A stretch of 32,504 nucleotides of DNA from Bacilli bacterium. GTDB lineage: Bacteria; Bacillota_I; Bacilli_A; RF39; UBA660. Below are positions 1 to 7,927 of the stretch, one piece after another (within the stretch, counting starts at the first letter, position 1; each line of letters starts with the position of its first letter). The notes beneath the pieces are model-generated. The model was not told the DNA's origin. It saw only the letters and a list, made by a program, of their open reading frames with translations, and ran no database searches. The position numbers and the translations under genes were made by a program. The stretch covers positions 1 to 32,504 of the forward strand of contig CAAFVA010000093.1 of NCBI GenBank assembly GCA_900766325.1, written 5' to 3'.

Positions 1-175
1 CAAACTCATCTACTAGTTCATTTTTCTTAATATATACTCCACGACTTACTCTTTCTATTTTATCATCTTTAATAAGTTTAGTTAAATAAAATCTTGGAAT
101 ATTATTATCATTAACATCTTTAGTAGTTAAATAACCATTTTTAAATAATTTTAAAATTTTATTTTCATATTCCAT
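1..175 (-). CDS. AbiEi-family (type IV TA / abortive infection) antitoxin, N-terminal part only; the gene runs off the left edge
   Basis: The minus-strand ATG at 175 opens MEYENKILKLFKNGYLTTKDVNDNNIPRFYLTKLIKDDKIERVSRGVYIKKNELVDEF. This matches the usual N-terminal winged-helix pattern of AbiEi_4-type antitoxins (..G.LTT.D......IP..YL..L...G.IERV.RGVY). RBS is GAAAGGAAAAG. The ORF is below the track size cutoff because it is truncated by the window edge. Confidence 0.55.
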   Translation of the reverse strand, partial: MEYENKILKLFKNGYLTTKDVNDNNIPRFYLTKLIKDDKIERVSRGVYIKKNELVDEF

Positions 176-191
176 ATTACTTTTCCTTTCA

Positions 192-217
192 CGATTAAAT
201 TATATCATATTTAATCG
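192..217 (-). promoter_or_regulatory. Perfect 9-bp inverted repeat (CGATTAAAT-N8-ATTTAATCG) over an extended -10 (TGATATAAT on the minus strand) upstream of the AbiEi-like gene; candidate autoregulatory operator
   Basis: Read directly: 192-200 is cgattaaat and 209-217 is atttaatcg. The 8-nt spacer plus flank reads ATGATATAAT on the minus strand. AbiEi antitoxins are known to autorepress through inverted repeats in their own promoter. Confidence 0.45.
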
Positions 218-273
218 TATTTGAAAATGTTTTTTATATTTTTAATTGTAAATAATGTAAATTTTAAAATAAA

Positions 274-300
274 CAAAAAAGCCAACTTATCATCGTTGAC
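274..300 (-). terminator. Rho-independent terminator-like hairpin (GUCAAC-gaugauaa-GUUGGC followed by a U-run) on the minus strand
   Basis: 6-bp stem including one G-U pair, 8-nt loop, then TTTTTT on the minus strand. It sits just upstream of the AbiEi promoter and closes the ORF-free interval 300-660. Confidence 0.4.
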
Positions 301-690
301 TTTTTCGGCAAGCATGCACTCACTTACAAAATATGCATCTTTTATAAGCAAATGTTTACACCTTTATGAGTTTTGACATACTCACTCTTATTATTTACTA
401 CTTGCTATAAATGCAGTGGCAAAATAAGCTTAATACTTAATAATACTCCATTATCTATAATTCTATCTTAAGTTTGACAATGATAAAAACATTATACAGC
501 GCTAGAAAAACATCAAACAGGTGTTAACTTATCATCCCATATTAAGGGTGTACCACTAAATGTAAAGCCGCTTTTAACACAGCATCACATCCTTTCGTTA
601 TTTTCGAGATAACATAAAAATATTTTATCTCTCTAATAACACTAAAATTATAACATACCACAATATCTTTTTTTCTAATTAAAATTAAAT

Positions 691-723
691 AAAGGTTTTA
701 ATGCACACATGCATAAAACCTTT
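691..723 (-). terminator. Hairpin terminator downstream of the acyl-CoA ligase gene
   Basis: AAAGGTTTTAATGCA-cac-ATGCATAAAACCTTT is a near-perfect 13-14 bp stem with one bulge. It is flanked by A/T runs on both sides and lies about 105 nt past the stop at 830. Confidence 0.5.
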
Positions 724-829
724 ACTTTTGTTTTTCATATCCTATTAAACTTACGTACTTTACCTTGAACATTGTAACACAAAAAAAGAACGTATCTTTT
801 AAAACACGTTCTATATATTTTTAAACGAA

Positions 830-2542
830 TTACTTTTTATTTTTCTCTTCTTCTTCTAACTTTCTATAAGCAACCTTTCCCACCAACGTTTTAGGAAGGG
901 ATTTTCTAAATTCGATTTCGTACGGTAAAGAATATTTAGCAAGGTTTTTAGCACAATGATCATATATTTCGTTTCGCACCGTCTCGTTTGGTTCAACATC
1001 ATCTTTTAAAACAACAAACGCTTTTGCAACTTGCACCTTATAAGGATGATCAACTCCAATCACACACGACATTAAAACGAATGGTAACTCGTCAATTACG
1101 TTTTCTATTCTTTGAGGATACAAATTATATCCAGAAGATATTATGATCCTTTTTAAACGTTGCTTAAAGTAAACGTAACCATTTTTATCCATGTAGCCTA
1201 AATCACCAGTATGTAACCATAATAATCCGTCCTTGTGTTTTTTTATGGTTTCTTTAGTTTCTTTTTCATTATGTAAGTAACCTTTCATCACGGTTGGACC
1301 AGATAAAACGATCTCTCCTTCTTTTCCATAAGGCACCTCATCTGTTGTACCAGGTTTCACAATCTTATAATAAGTATCAGGATATGGTATTCCAATACTA
1401 CCTTCTTTATACGTATTAAGCGGTGTTAAACAACTACCGGTAACACATTCAGTTAATCCGTAACCTTCTCTTACCTGTATGTTAGCACCATGATCATTTA
1501 AAAATTTATCAACCTTCTTCTTTAAACTTACGGAAAGAGAATCTCCTCCTGAAATAGCACATTTAATGTATGATAAATCTACTTTATCTAAATTTTTGTT
1601 TTTAAGTAGTGCTTCGTACAAAGTTGGTACTCCAGCGATTACGTTGGGGCGATACTTTTTAAGAAGCTTATCAAAAGTTTTAGCACTAAATTGTGGAAGG
1701 ATTATCGCCGTCATTCCAAAGGTTAACACCGTATGAATGCATATTCCAAGGCCAAAACCATGAAATATAGGCATGATTGATAAAACCTTCATCTTTGGTT
1801 TTAAGCACGCACAAGCCTCATAGCTTTGCATCGCAAGAGCGTTAAAATTAAGGTTCGTTAATACGATTCCTTTAGAGGTTCCGGTCGTACCACCACTATA
1901 TAAAATAGCAGCATCATCACTTCCTTTTAAATTAGCGTTAGTATCACCTTCATATTCACCTGATTTTTTAATGAACGTATCCCAATAAATTACGCTATTA
2001 TTTTCCTTTGGTTTTTCTACGTTTTTACCTTGCGTTATATAATAACCTAATCCTAAAACGGTAGGCATTGAATCTTTTACCGATACTAAAACGACGTTTT
2101 TAACCTTTGTTTTAGGTAAAACTTTTTTTAACCTCACCCAAGCAAGGTCTATTGATATTACCATTTTACTTTTTGATAAATCCAAATAATATTTTATTTC
2201 GTTTTCAGCCGATAATGGGTGAATCATGTTAGCTACCGCTCCAATTTTATTTATGGCATAAAACGAAATAATTGCTTCCGGAGTATTTGGCATGCATATC
2301 GTTACCTTATCTTTTTTCTTTATTCCATACACTTTTAGTGCCCTTGCGCACTCATCGATCTTAGAAATTAAATTTTTAAAAGTGGATTTTTTACCAAAAT
2401 AATTATAAGCGGTATAATTAGGATATTTTAAACAAGTTAATCTTAACTGTTCATATAAAGAATGATCAGGATAATCAAGATGCTTTCTTACACCGTTATA
2501 TAAATCATACCATGGTGTTTTTACCTTTTTTTTATCTTCCAT
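830..2542 (-). CDS. AMP-dependent synthetase / long-chain fatty-acid-CoA ligase (FadD-like)
   Basis: 570 aa. AMP-binding signature YSGGTTGTSKG, GYGLTE, GDLGYMDKNGYVYFKQRLKRII and C-terminal LPKTLVGKV. RBS AGGAGG. The start overlaps the upstream stop (TAATG). Confidence 0.9.
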   Translation of the reverse strand: MEDKKKVKTPWYDLYNGVRKHLDYPDHSLYEQLRLTCLKYPNYTAYNYFGKKSTFKNLISKIDECARALKVYGIKKKDKVTICMPNTPEAIISFYAINKIGAVANMIHPLSAENEIKYYLDLSKSKMVISIDLAWVRLKKVLPKTKVKNVVLVSVKDSMPTVLGLGYYITQGKNVEKPKENNSVIYWDTFIKKSGEYEGDTNANLKGSDDAAILYSGGTTGTSKGIVLTNLNFNALAMQSYEACACLKPKMKVLSIMPIFHGFGLGICIHTVLTFGMTAIILPQFSAKTFDKLLKKYRPNVIAGVPTLYEALLKNKNLDKVDLSYIKCAISGGDSLSVSLKKKVDKFLNDHGANIQVREGYGLTECVTGSCLTPLNTYKEGSIGIPYPDTYYKIVKPGTTDEVPYGKEGEIVLSGPTVMKGYLHNEKETKETIKKHKDGLLWLHTGDLGYMDKNGYVYFKQRLKRIIISSGYNLYPQRIENVIDELPFVLMSCVIGVDHPYKVQVAKAFVVLKDDVEPNETVRNEIYDHCAKNLAKYSLPYEIEFRKSLPKTLVGKVAYRKLEEEEKNKK

Positions 2543-3417
2543 TATATTACCTCCTTCAGGAATTTATTAACTAGTGTTTTATTGTTATATATAAGTAAAG
2601 ACTTAGGAATAATTTTTATATTAAACTTTTTACCAATCATTATTTCACCATCAACGTTACAAACAAGATTATGACCACACTTAAACTTTATCTTTGTTGC
2701 CTTACTTTTATGTACCTTCTTAAGTGATTCATGAGTACCATTTTTTAATTTACCAAGAAAAAATGGAAGCGCTGGTTTACTTATTTTATCAACCAAATAA
2801 ACGTCAAAATAACCGTCAGTTAAAAGTGCTTCTGGTGCTATTTTATAACCACCACCATACATCATACCATTACATACCGTAAGTATCGTACACTTATCCT
2901 TAGATTTTATATTATCAATGGTAAACTCAACATCTTTAAACTTATATTTAAAAAACGTGTATATAATACTTGCATTATATATTTGTGAAGATGGAATTTT
3001 TAATTTTTTCATTACTTCTGCATTTTGAGCAACCTCAGCATCTATTCCAATACTTGCAACGTTAACAAAATATTTTTTATTTATTTTTCCAACGTCAATT
3101 AGTGAAACATCATCATCTATTTTAGATAAAGTCTTGTAAAAATCATTTCCCGATCCTGCTGGAATAACTCCAAGCATGTTCTTAGTACCCATAACGCCAT
3201 TTAAAACTTCGTTTAAAGTGCCGTCACCCCCAACGCTATAAACAACGTTTTTTGAGCCCTTTATTTTTTTTGCAATTTGCGTTGCATCTCCAGGTGCATT
3301 AGTATAATAAATTTCATAATTAAGATTTTCTTCATCACATACTTTTTTAATTTTAATGGCAACTTTTGATGCCCTACCTTTACCAGAAATTGGATTTACA
3401 ATAAATACGTATTTCAT
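2542..3417 (-). CDS. Diacylglycerol-kinase-family lipid kinase (DagK/YegS/BmrU type)
   Basis: 291 aa. N-terminal FIVNPISGKG, the catalytic-domain hallmark GGDGT (VGGDGTLNEV) and IPAGSGNDF. Confidence 0.85.
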   Translation of the reverse strand: MKYVFIVNPISGKGRASKVAIKIKKVCDEENLNYEIYYTNAPGDATQIAKKIKGSKNVVYSVGGDGTLNEVLNGVMGTKNMLGVIPAGSGNDFYKTLSKIDDDVSLIDVGKINKKYFVNVASIGIDAEVAQNAEVMKKLKIPSSQIYNASIIYTFFKYKFKDVEFTIDNIKSKDKCTILTVCNGMMYGGGYKIAPEALLTDGYFDVYLVDKISKPALPFFLGKLKNGTHESLKKVHKSKATKIKFKCGHNLVCNVDGEIMIGKKFNIKIIPKSLLIYNNKTLVNKFLKEVI

Positions 3418-3419
3418 TT

Positions 3420-3992
3420 CTAATCACCACCAATAAGCATGGATATTTTTTTTCTTAGCTTATCATTTTCACTTTCAATGTCATCACTTTCAACTTTATA
3501 TGGGTTACCAATCTTAATTGTAAGATTTTTTCCAAACACTTTATATTCGCCAGTTATTGCAAAAGGAACTATTAGACTATCGGTATTTTTAGCGAAAGAA
3601 ACAGCTCCTTTTTTAAATGGTAATAATTTATCTTTCGTTTTATTTCTAGTTCCCTCAGGAAAAACACCTATCGCACCACCTCGTTTTAACATTTTTTCAG
3701 CTTCTCCAATCGTTTTTCCATTATTATTGTGCCTATCAACCGGAAGGGTACCGACCAAATTAAAAAAAATAAAATTAAGCCCTTTATATAACTCTTTTTT
3801 TGCTAGAAAATGAATCGTTCTTTTAGTGCATATTCCGATTGATAAAGGATCTAACGCATGTCTATGATTCCCAACTAATACAATTGCGCCTTCCTTAGGA
3901 ATAAGTTCTTTATTTATTATTTTTGGTCTATAAACTAACTTAAATAAGAAAGTAACTAATGGTCTTAATACCGGATATAAATTACAACTCAT
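3420..3992 (-). CDS. plsC: 1-acyl-sn-glycerol-3-phosphate acyltransferase
   Basis: Acyltransferase motifs NHRHALD (HX4D) and FPEGTR. I place the start at the ATG at 3992 (MSCNLYP...), which has GAGGTG 7 nt upstream, rather than the TTG at 4007 used by the ORF track. Confidence 0.85.
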   Translation of the reverse strand: MSCNLYPVLRPLVTFLFKLVYRPKIINKELIPKEGAIVLVGNHRHALDPLSIGICTKRTIHFLAKKELYKGLNFIFFNLVGTLPVDRHNNNGKTIGEAEKMLKRGGAIGVFPEGTRNKTKDKLLPFKKGAVSFAKNTDSLIVPFAITGEYKVFGKNLTIKIGNPYKVESDDIESENDKLRKKISMLIGGD

Positions 3993-4166
3993 AAAAAGAC
4001 ACCTCAATCTAAAAAAATTATATCACAATAACTTTAATTTTCATAGTAGATGTAAATATAGATGTAAACAAAAAAACATAGGGTTGATTTTTTTTGAAAG
4101 TGCACAATTAATGTGCAGTTAGTTTTAAAAATGTCAATAAAATATGAATAATTCTTATGTCTTATG

Positions 4167-4195
4167 TTGATATAAAATTTAATTTTAGATATAAT
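4167..4195 (+). promoter_or_regulatory. Near-consensus sigma-A promoter (TTGATA-17 nt-TATAAT) with no ORF downstream
   Basis: TTGATA at 4167-4172, an exact 17-nt spacer, and TATAAT at 4190-4195. The next 90 nt are non-coding and end in a terminator. Confidence 0.55.
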
Positions 4196-4201
4196 ATAAA
4201 T

Positions 4202-4292
4202 AGAAAGAGCAACCTTAAGGTTAGCTGCTTTCCTTAAAAGTTTTTAACAAAATGCATACTTCCCCCCAAAAATAGTTAAGTATGCTTTTTCT
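4202..4292 (+). ncRNA. Candidate sRNA of about 90 nt (putative type I antitoxin RNA), convergent with the small peptide gene
   Basis: Bounded by the promoter at 4167-4195 and the hairpin plus T-run at 4254-4290. Contains an internal hairpin AGCAACC-ttaa-GGTTAGCT. Its 3' part is antisense to the 3' UTR and terminator of the peptide mRNA. Confidence 0.4.
4254..4285. terminator. Bidirectional terminator hairpin shared by the sRNA and the small peptide gene
   Basis: 8-bp stem GCATACTT/AAGTATGC with a 16-nt loop. TTTTT follows on the plus strand and ATTTTGTT on the minus strand. Confidence 0.6.
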
Positions 4293-4293
4293 T

Positions 4294-4374
4294 TTATATT
4301 TTAAATATTAGAATTACTAACAATAAAATTAAAAGGGTTACTACTACTTTAAGAAAATTCATTTCTCGTTTCAT
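4294..4374 (-). CDS. 26-aa hydrophobic peptide MKREMNFLKVVVTLLILLLVILIFKI (candidate type I toxin or small membrane protein)
   Basis: Found by hand because it is below the ORF-track cutoff. Strong RBS AAAGGGGTGA 6-7 nt before the ATG, a single predicted TM helix, and a TAA stop followed directly by the bidirectional terminator. Confidence 0.45.
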   Translation of the reverse strand: MKREMNFLKVVVTLLILLLVILIFKI

Positions 4375-4709
4375 AAGCAATCACCCCTTTCATTCTTTTT
4401 AAGAATAAATGAGGAAAGCATATCTAACCTTTGGTCTTAGGTTACTCTCGTATTAATTATTAGACATAACTTTTAAAATCCTCCTATAAATTAGTAATTT
4501 TTTATATTTTTTTCTATCTTCATAAAATTTATTGGACTAGTCTTAGGAAATGCACCAGTTATTATTACGTAGTCATTTTCTTTTGTATTAATTCTTTTTA
4601 TCACATTATCAATTATTTCATTCGCAATTTTATGAACTTGTGTTACTTTTTAATAATAAAGCTATTCGTTTTACCAAATCCTAATGTATGCTTTAAGTAA
4701 CTAAAACTA

Positions 4710-7037
4710 TTACTCACTTCTTAACGCTTCTGCGGGATCTTTTTTAGAAGCACTTTTAGACGGTATAAACCCTCCTATTACGGTAAGTAAAATACTCATT
4801 ATTACTAATACTAAAGAATGTACTGGATTTAATACACCAACGTTTTTTAAACCAGTTAAATTATATATAATTACATTTATTGGAATTAGTAAAACTAACG
4901 TTATTAAAATACCAATAACACCGGATATAACACCAATAATTAACGTCTCAGCGTTAAACACCCTTGTTATATCTTTTTTTCTCGCACCAAGACTTCTTAG
5001 TATTCCAATTTCTTTTGTTCTTTCTAATACGGAAATATATGTTATTATTCCAATCATTATCGATGAAACAATGAGTGATATTGATGAAAACGCAACTAAT
5101 ATAATCGTTATACCATCCATTATTCCCTTTGATAAATCACTTACTTGTTTTGCGTAATCAATATACATTATTTTACTATCATTAGTTTTATCTTCGTTAT
5201 ATTTATTTAAATAATTTATAATTTCATCCTTACTTTCAAAGCTATTAGGATAAATATTAATGGATGTTGGAATGTTACTTGCACCTAACATTGTAAGTGC
5301 CTCTTCTTTAGTTATGTTTGCCTCTTCATAACTTATACCACCCATAAACACGATAACAGATGAATTATTTTGTGCTTTTACTATAATACTTTCGTTATTC
5401 TCATCTACGATTTTATTTATTAATTCATTTGAATAACCAATTTTTGATACCATAGATGATCCCATGGAATCTAGTGTGGTATCCGTTATAGAAGCTAAAA
5501 CATTTCCTTCTTTTTCTCTTACAATTCCAGCTATTTTTAAGGTAATGTTACTTTCATCATACATTTTCTTGCTAGCTTCATTTTTTATGAACAAATCATC
5601 GGTTATTTTAGTATAATAATTATCATTATTAACCACTTTAAACTCCTTGCCTACTATTTCGTTATAATCTATCTTTTCTTTAGATGAATCAATAAATAAA
5701 GCATTAAGTAGGCTTTTATCCACCCTATTTTTACTATCAACTATTAATACGACATCATAAACACTAGTAGGATAACTACCACATAATAAATCATAATTAT
5801 CAGTTAAATATGATTTATCGTTTAGACTTTTAGGAAGTGAGCTTAAGTTTATCGAAGATGTACCAATAGTTTTAAAATTATTACCGTTATCAGTTGTTAT
5901 TAAATTAAAATTAGTTACCGTAAAATATGATACCGCACTTAATAAATCATTATTCATGTTACTTAAATGATCAACGTAATCTTGAGTTATTTTATTTACA
6001 TGAACTTTTTTATTTTCATCGGCAAAGTAAGGGTATAATACATTTTCCTTCGGATAATCATCCATATCATCAAACGCATTTCTATTACCTTCCGAATCTT
6101 CTTCATTAACGGTGGAGGTAATGCTTGATATTGCAATTGGAAATGAGGACATGGTACTTTCTTCATATTCATCAATTTGTTTTTTAAATCCGTTTGATAT
6201 TGATAAAATAAGGGCTATCCCAATTATTCCAATACTTGATGCAAAAGCAGTTAAAAAAGTTCTTCCCTTTTTTGTTTTTAGGTTGTTTAAACTTAGAGTA
6301 ATGGCTGCTTTAAAACTCATTTTAGTCTTTTTTATCTTAAAATTATTAGTATTAACTTCATTTGTATTAGCAGGATTACTATCTTTCGTTATATTTCCAT
6401 CTTTTAACTCTATTATTCTGTTAGCATACTTTTTAGCTAAATCGTTATTGTGAGTCACCATTATTACTAATTTATCCTTTGATAACCCTTTAATTAATTC
6501 CATTATGTTAATACTTGTTTTAGAATCTAACGCACCAGTAGGTTCATCCGCTAAAATAATTTCAGGATTATTTACTAACGCCCTTGCAATCGCTACTCTC
6601 TGCATTTGACCTCCTGATAATTCGTTTGGCTTTTTACCAGCATGTTTTTCTAATCCAACTTTTTTAAGGGCATCAATAACCTTCTTTTTCTTATTTTTAG
6701 AATTACTTAAAGTAAGTGCTAACTCAACGTTCTGATAAACTGATATGTGGTTTACTAAATTGTAATTTTGAAATATAAAACCAACACAAGAATTACGATA
6801 ATAATCCCAGTTGTTACCTTTAAAATTTTTGGTGGATTTACCATCAATTATTAAATCACCGGCATCATAATTATCAAGACCTCCGATTATGTTTAAAAGT
6901 GTTGTTTTACCACTTCCTGAAGGTCCTACTATCGCTACGAATTCATTTTTTCTAAAATTTAAATTAACACCGTTCAAAGCGATTTGGGTTAAATTTTTTG
7001 TTTTGTAAGTTTTTTTGACGTTCTTTAAGATTAACAT
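4710..7037 (-). CDS. Fused ABC transporter: N-terminal ATPase plus C-terminal MacB/FtsX-type permease
   Basis: Walker A GPSGSGKTT, signature LSGGQMQR, Walker B ILADEPTGALD, then a large extracytoplasmic region and C-terminal FtsX-like TM helices. Start set at the ATG at 7037 (MLILKNVKKTY) with GGGAGGG upstream, not at the track start 7091. Confidence 0.9.
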   Translation of the reverse strand: MLILKNVKKTYKTKNLTQIALNGVNLNFRKNEFVAIVGPSGSGKTTLLNIIGGLDNYDAGDLIIDGKSTKNFKGNNWDYYRNSCVGFIFQNYNLVNHISVYQNVELALTLSNSKNKKKKVIDALKKVGLEKHAGKKPNELSGGQMQRVAIARALVNNPEIILADEPTGALDSKTSINIMELIKGLSKDKLVIMVTHNNDLAKKYANRIIELKDGNITKDSNPANTNEVNTNNFKIKKTKMSFKAAITLSLNNLKTKKGRTFLTAFASSIGIIGIALILSISNGFKKQIDEYEESTMSSFPIAISSITSTVNEEDSEGNRNAFDDMDDYPKENVLYPYFADENKKVHVNKITQDYVDHLSNMNNDLLSAVSYFTVTNFNLITTDNGNNFKTIGTSSINLSSLPKSLNDKSYLTDNYDLLCGSYPTSVYDVVLIVDSKNRVDKSLLNALFIDSSKEKIDYNEIVGKEFKVVNNDNYYTKITDDLFIKNEASKKMYDESNITLKIAGIVREKEGNVLASITDTTLDSMGSSMVSKIGYSNELINKIVDENNESIIVKAQNNSSVIVFMGGISYEEANITKEEALTMLGASNIPTSINIYPNSFESKDEIINYLNKYNEDKTNDSKIMYIDYAKQVSDLSKGIMDGITIILVAFSSISLIVSSIMIGIITYISVLERTKEIGILRSLGARKKDITRVFNAETLIIGVISGVIGILITLVLLIPINVIIYNLTGLKNVGVLNPVHSLVLVIMSILLTVIGGFIPSKSASKKDPAEALRSE

Positions 7038-7144
7038 TGTATAATATCCCTCCCAGTTATATCTTTCTACCAAACTTTTTAAAACCCTCAAAATATAATG
7101 AGGTTTATTTAAGTTATTTTTAACTTTAAAACTAGGTTTTTAAG

Positions 7145-7153
7145 TGATATAAT
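7145..7153 (+). promoter_or_regulatory. Extended -10 element TGATATAAT upstream of the DUF1113-like gene
   Basis: TGnTATAAT is read at 7145-7153. The -35 is poor (TTTAAA at 17-nt spacing). Confidence 0.35.
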
Positions 7154-7180
7154 CATAATAGGTAGTTAGGAAGTGGTATT

Positions 7181-7876
7181 ATTAGTATTTATGTTTACTT
7201 TTTATTATTTATAATATATTCATTTATCGGATGGATAATTGAAATTATAACCGAATACATACATCATAAAAGGTTCGTTAATCGTGGCTTTTTAATTGGA
7301 CCTTATTGTCCAATTTACGGTGTTGCTGCCGTATTAATGATTTTATTGTTAAATAAATATTTAAAAGATCCTGTTGCTTTATTTGTTATGGCCGTTGTTA
7401 TTTCTTCTATTATTGAATATTTTGCAAGCTACATAATGGAAAAATTATTTAACGCAAGATGGTGGGATTATAGTAACAATAAGTTTAATATAAACGGGAG
7501 AATATGTTTGGAAACGATGATTCCTTTCGGTTTTGCTGGTATTATCCTTATGTATTTTATTAATCCTTTAATAGTTAAATTTTTACTATTAATACCATCA
7601 GTTATTTTAAATGCTATCGCAATAATTATTTTTGTTTTATTCTTGTTTGATAACATTGTTTCATTTAAAATAATATTAGGATTTAAAAATACCACTTTTA
7701 TTGAAGAAAAAGATAACACCGCGGAGATAACATCAAAGGTTAAAGAAACATTAATGAAAAAATCAACTTTTAATAAACGATTAATAAAATCATTTCCGAA
7801 TCTAAAAGTTATTAGTAAAATCAGAAAAAAGAAAAAGCATTTAAAAAACAAAAATAAAACTGATCAAAGGATATAA
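7181..7876 (+). CDS. Polytopic membrane protein of the 'putative ABC-transporter type IV' (DUF1113) family; probable non-ATG (ATT) start
   Basis: The family hallmark IIYSFIGWIIEI...FVNRGFLIGPYCPIYG lies in frame upstream of the first ATG (7337). The frame is open back to the TAG at 7163-7165. The only well-spaced initiator after the SD AGGAAG (7168-7173) is ATT at 7181. Confidence 0.65.
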   Translation: MSIYVYFLLFIIYSFIGWIIEIITEYIHHKRFVNRGFLIGPYCPIYGVAAVLMILLLNKYLKDPVALFVMAVVISSIIEYFASYIMEKLFNARWWDYSNNKFNINGRICLETMIPFGFAGIILMYFINPLIVKFLLLIPSVILNAIAIIIFVLFLFDNIVSFKIILGFKNTTFIEEKDNTAEITSKVKETLMKKSTFNKRLIKSFPNLKVISKIRKKKKHLKNKNKTDQRI

Positions 7877-7899
7877 TATCTTTATCCCATAATCAGTTT
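7857..7899 (+). terminator. Possible terminator between convergent genes
   Basis: 8-bp outer stem AAACTGAT/ATCAGTTT with a long 27-nt loop, followed by TTTTATTTT. It overlaps the TAA stop at 7874-7876. Confidence 0.35.
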
Positions 7900-7927
7900 T
7901 TTATTTTATAAATACATAGTTGGTTTT

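Noticed and set aside
300-660. Possible identity of the ORF-free region as RNase P RNA, tmRNA, SRP RNA, 6S RNA or a T-box leader. A UAGUGGUACACCC stretch superficially resembles the T-box GGUGGUACC.
   Set aside because: No GAGGAAAGUCC or ACAGAA (RNase P). No tag ORF or CCA-type 3' end (tmRNA). No GGAAG-type SRP domain IV motif. No convincing antiterminator/terminator alternative next to the UGGUAC element, and no regulated gene downstream. It is kept only as an unassigned candidate RNA in the findings.
4500-4709. Minus-strand coding-like stretch without a start codon: ..LKHTLGFGKTNSFIIKK* followed in another frame by VTQVHKIANEIIDNVIKRINTKENDYVIITGAFPKTSPINFMKIEKNIKNY*.
   Set aside because: It looks like a short remnant of a degraded gene, but I cannot assign a family. 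It has no start codon or RBS and is split across frames, so it is not reported as a feature.
7173-7214. GTG-initiated short frame (MVLLVFMFTFYYL*) as the true start of the DUF1113-like gene, with a -1 frameshift.
   Set aside because: The GTG overlaps the last base of the SD, so there is no spacer, whereas the in-frame ATT at 7181 has ideal spacing. It is kept only as the alternative hypothesis in the corresponding finding.
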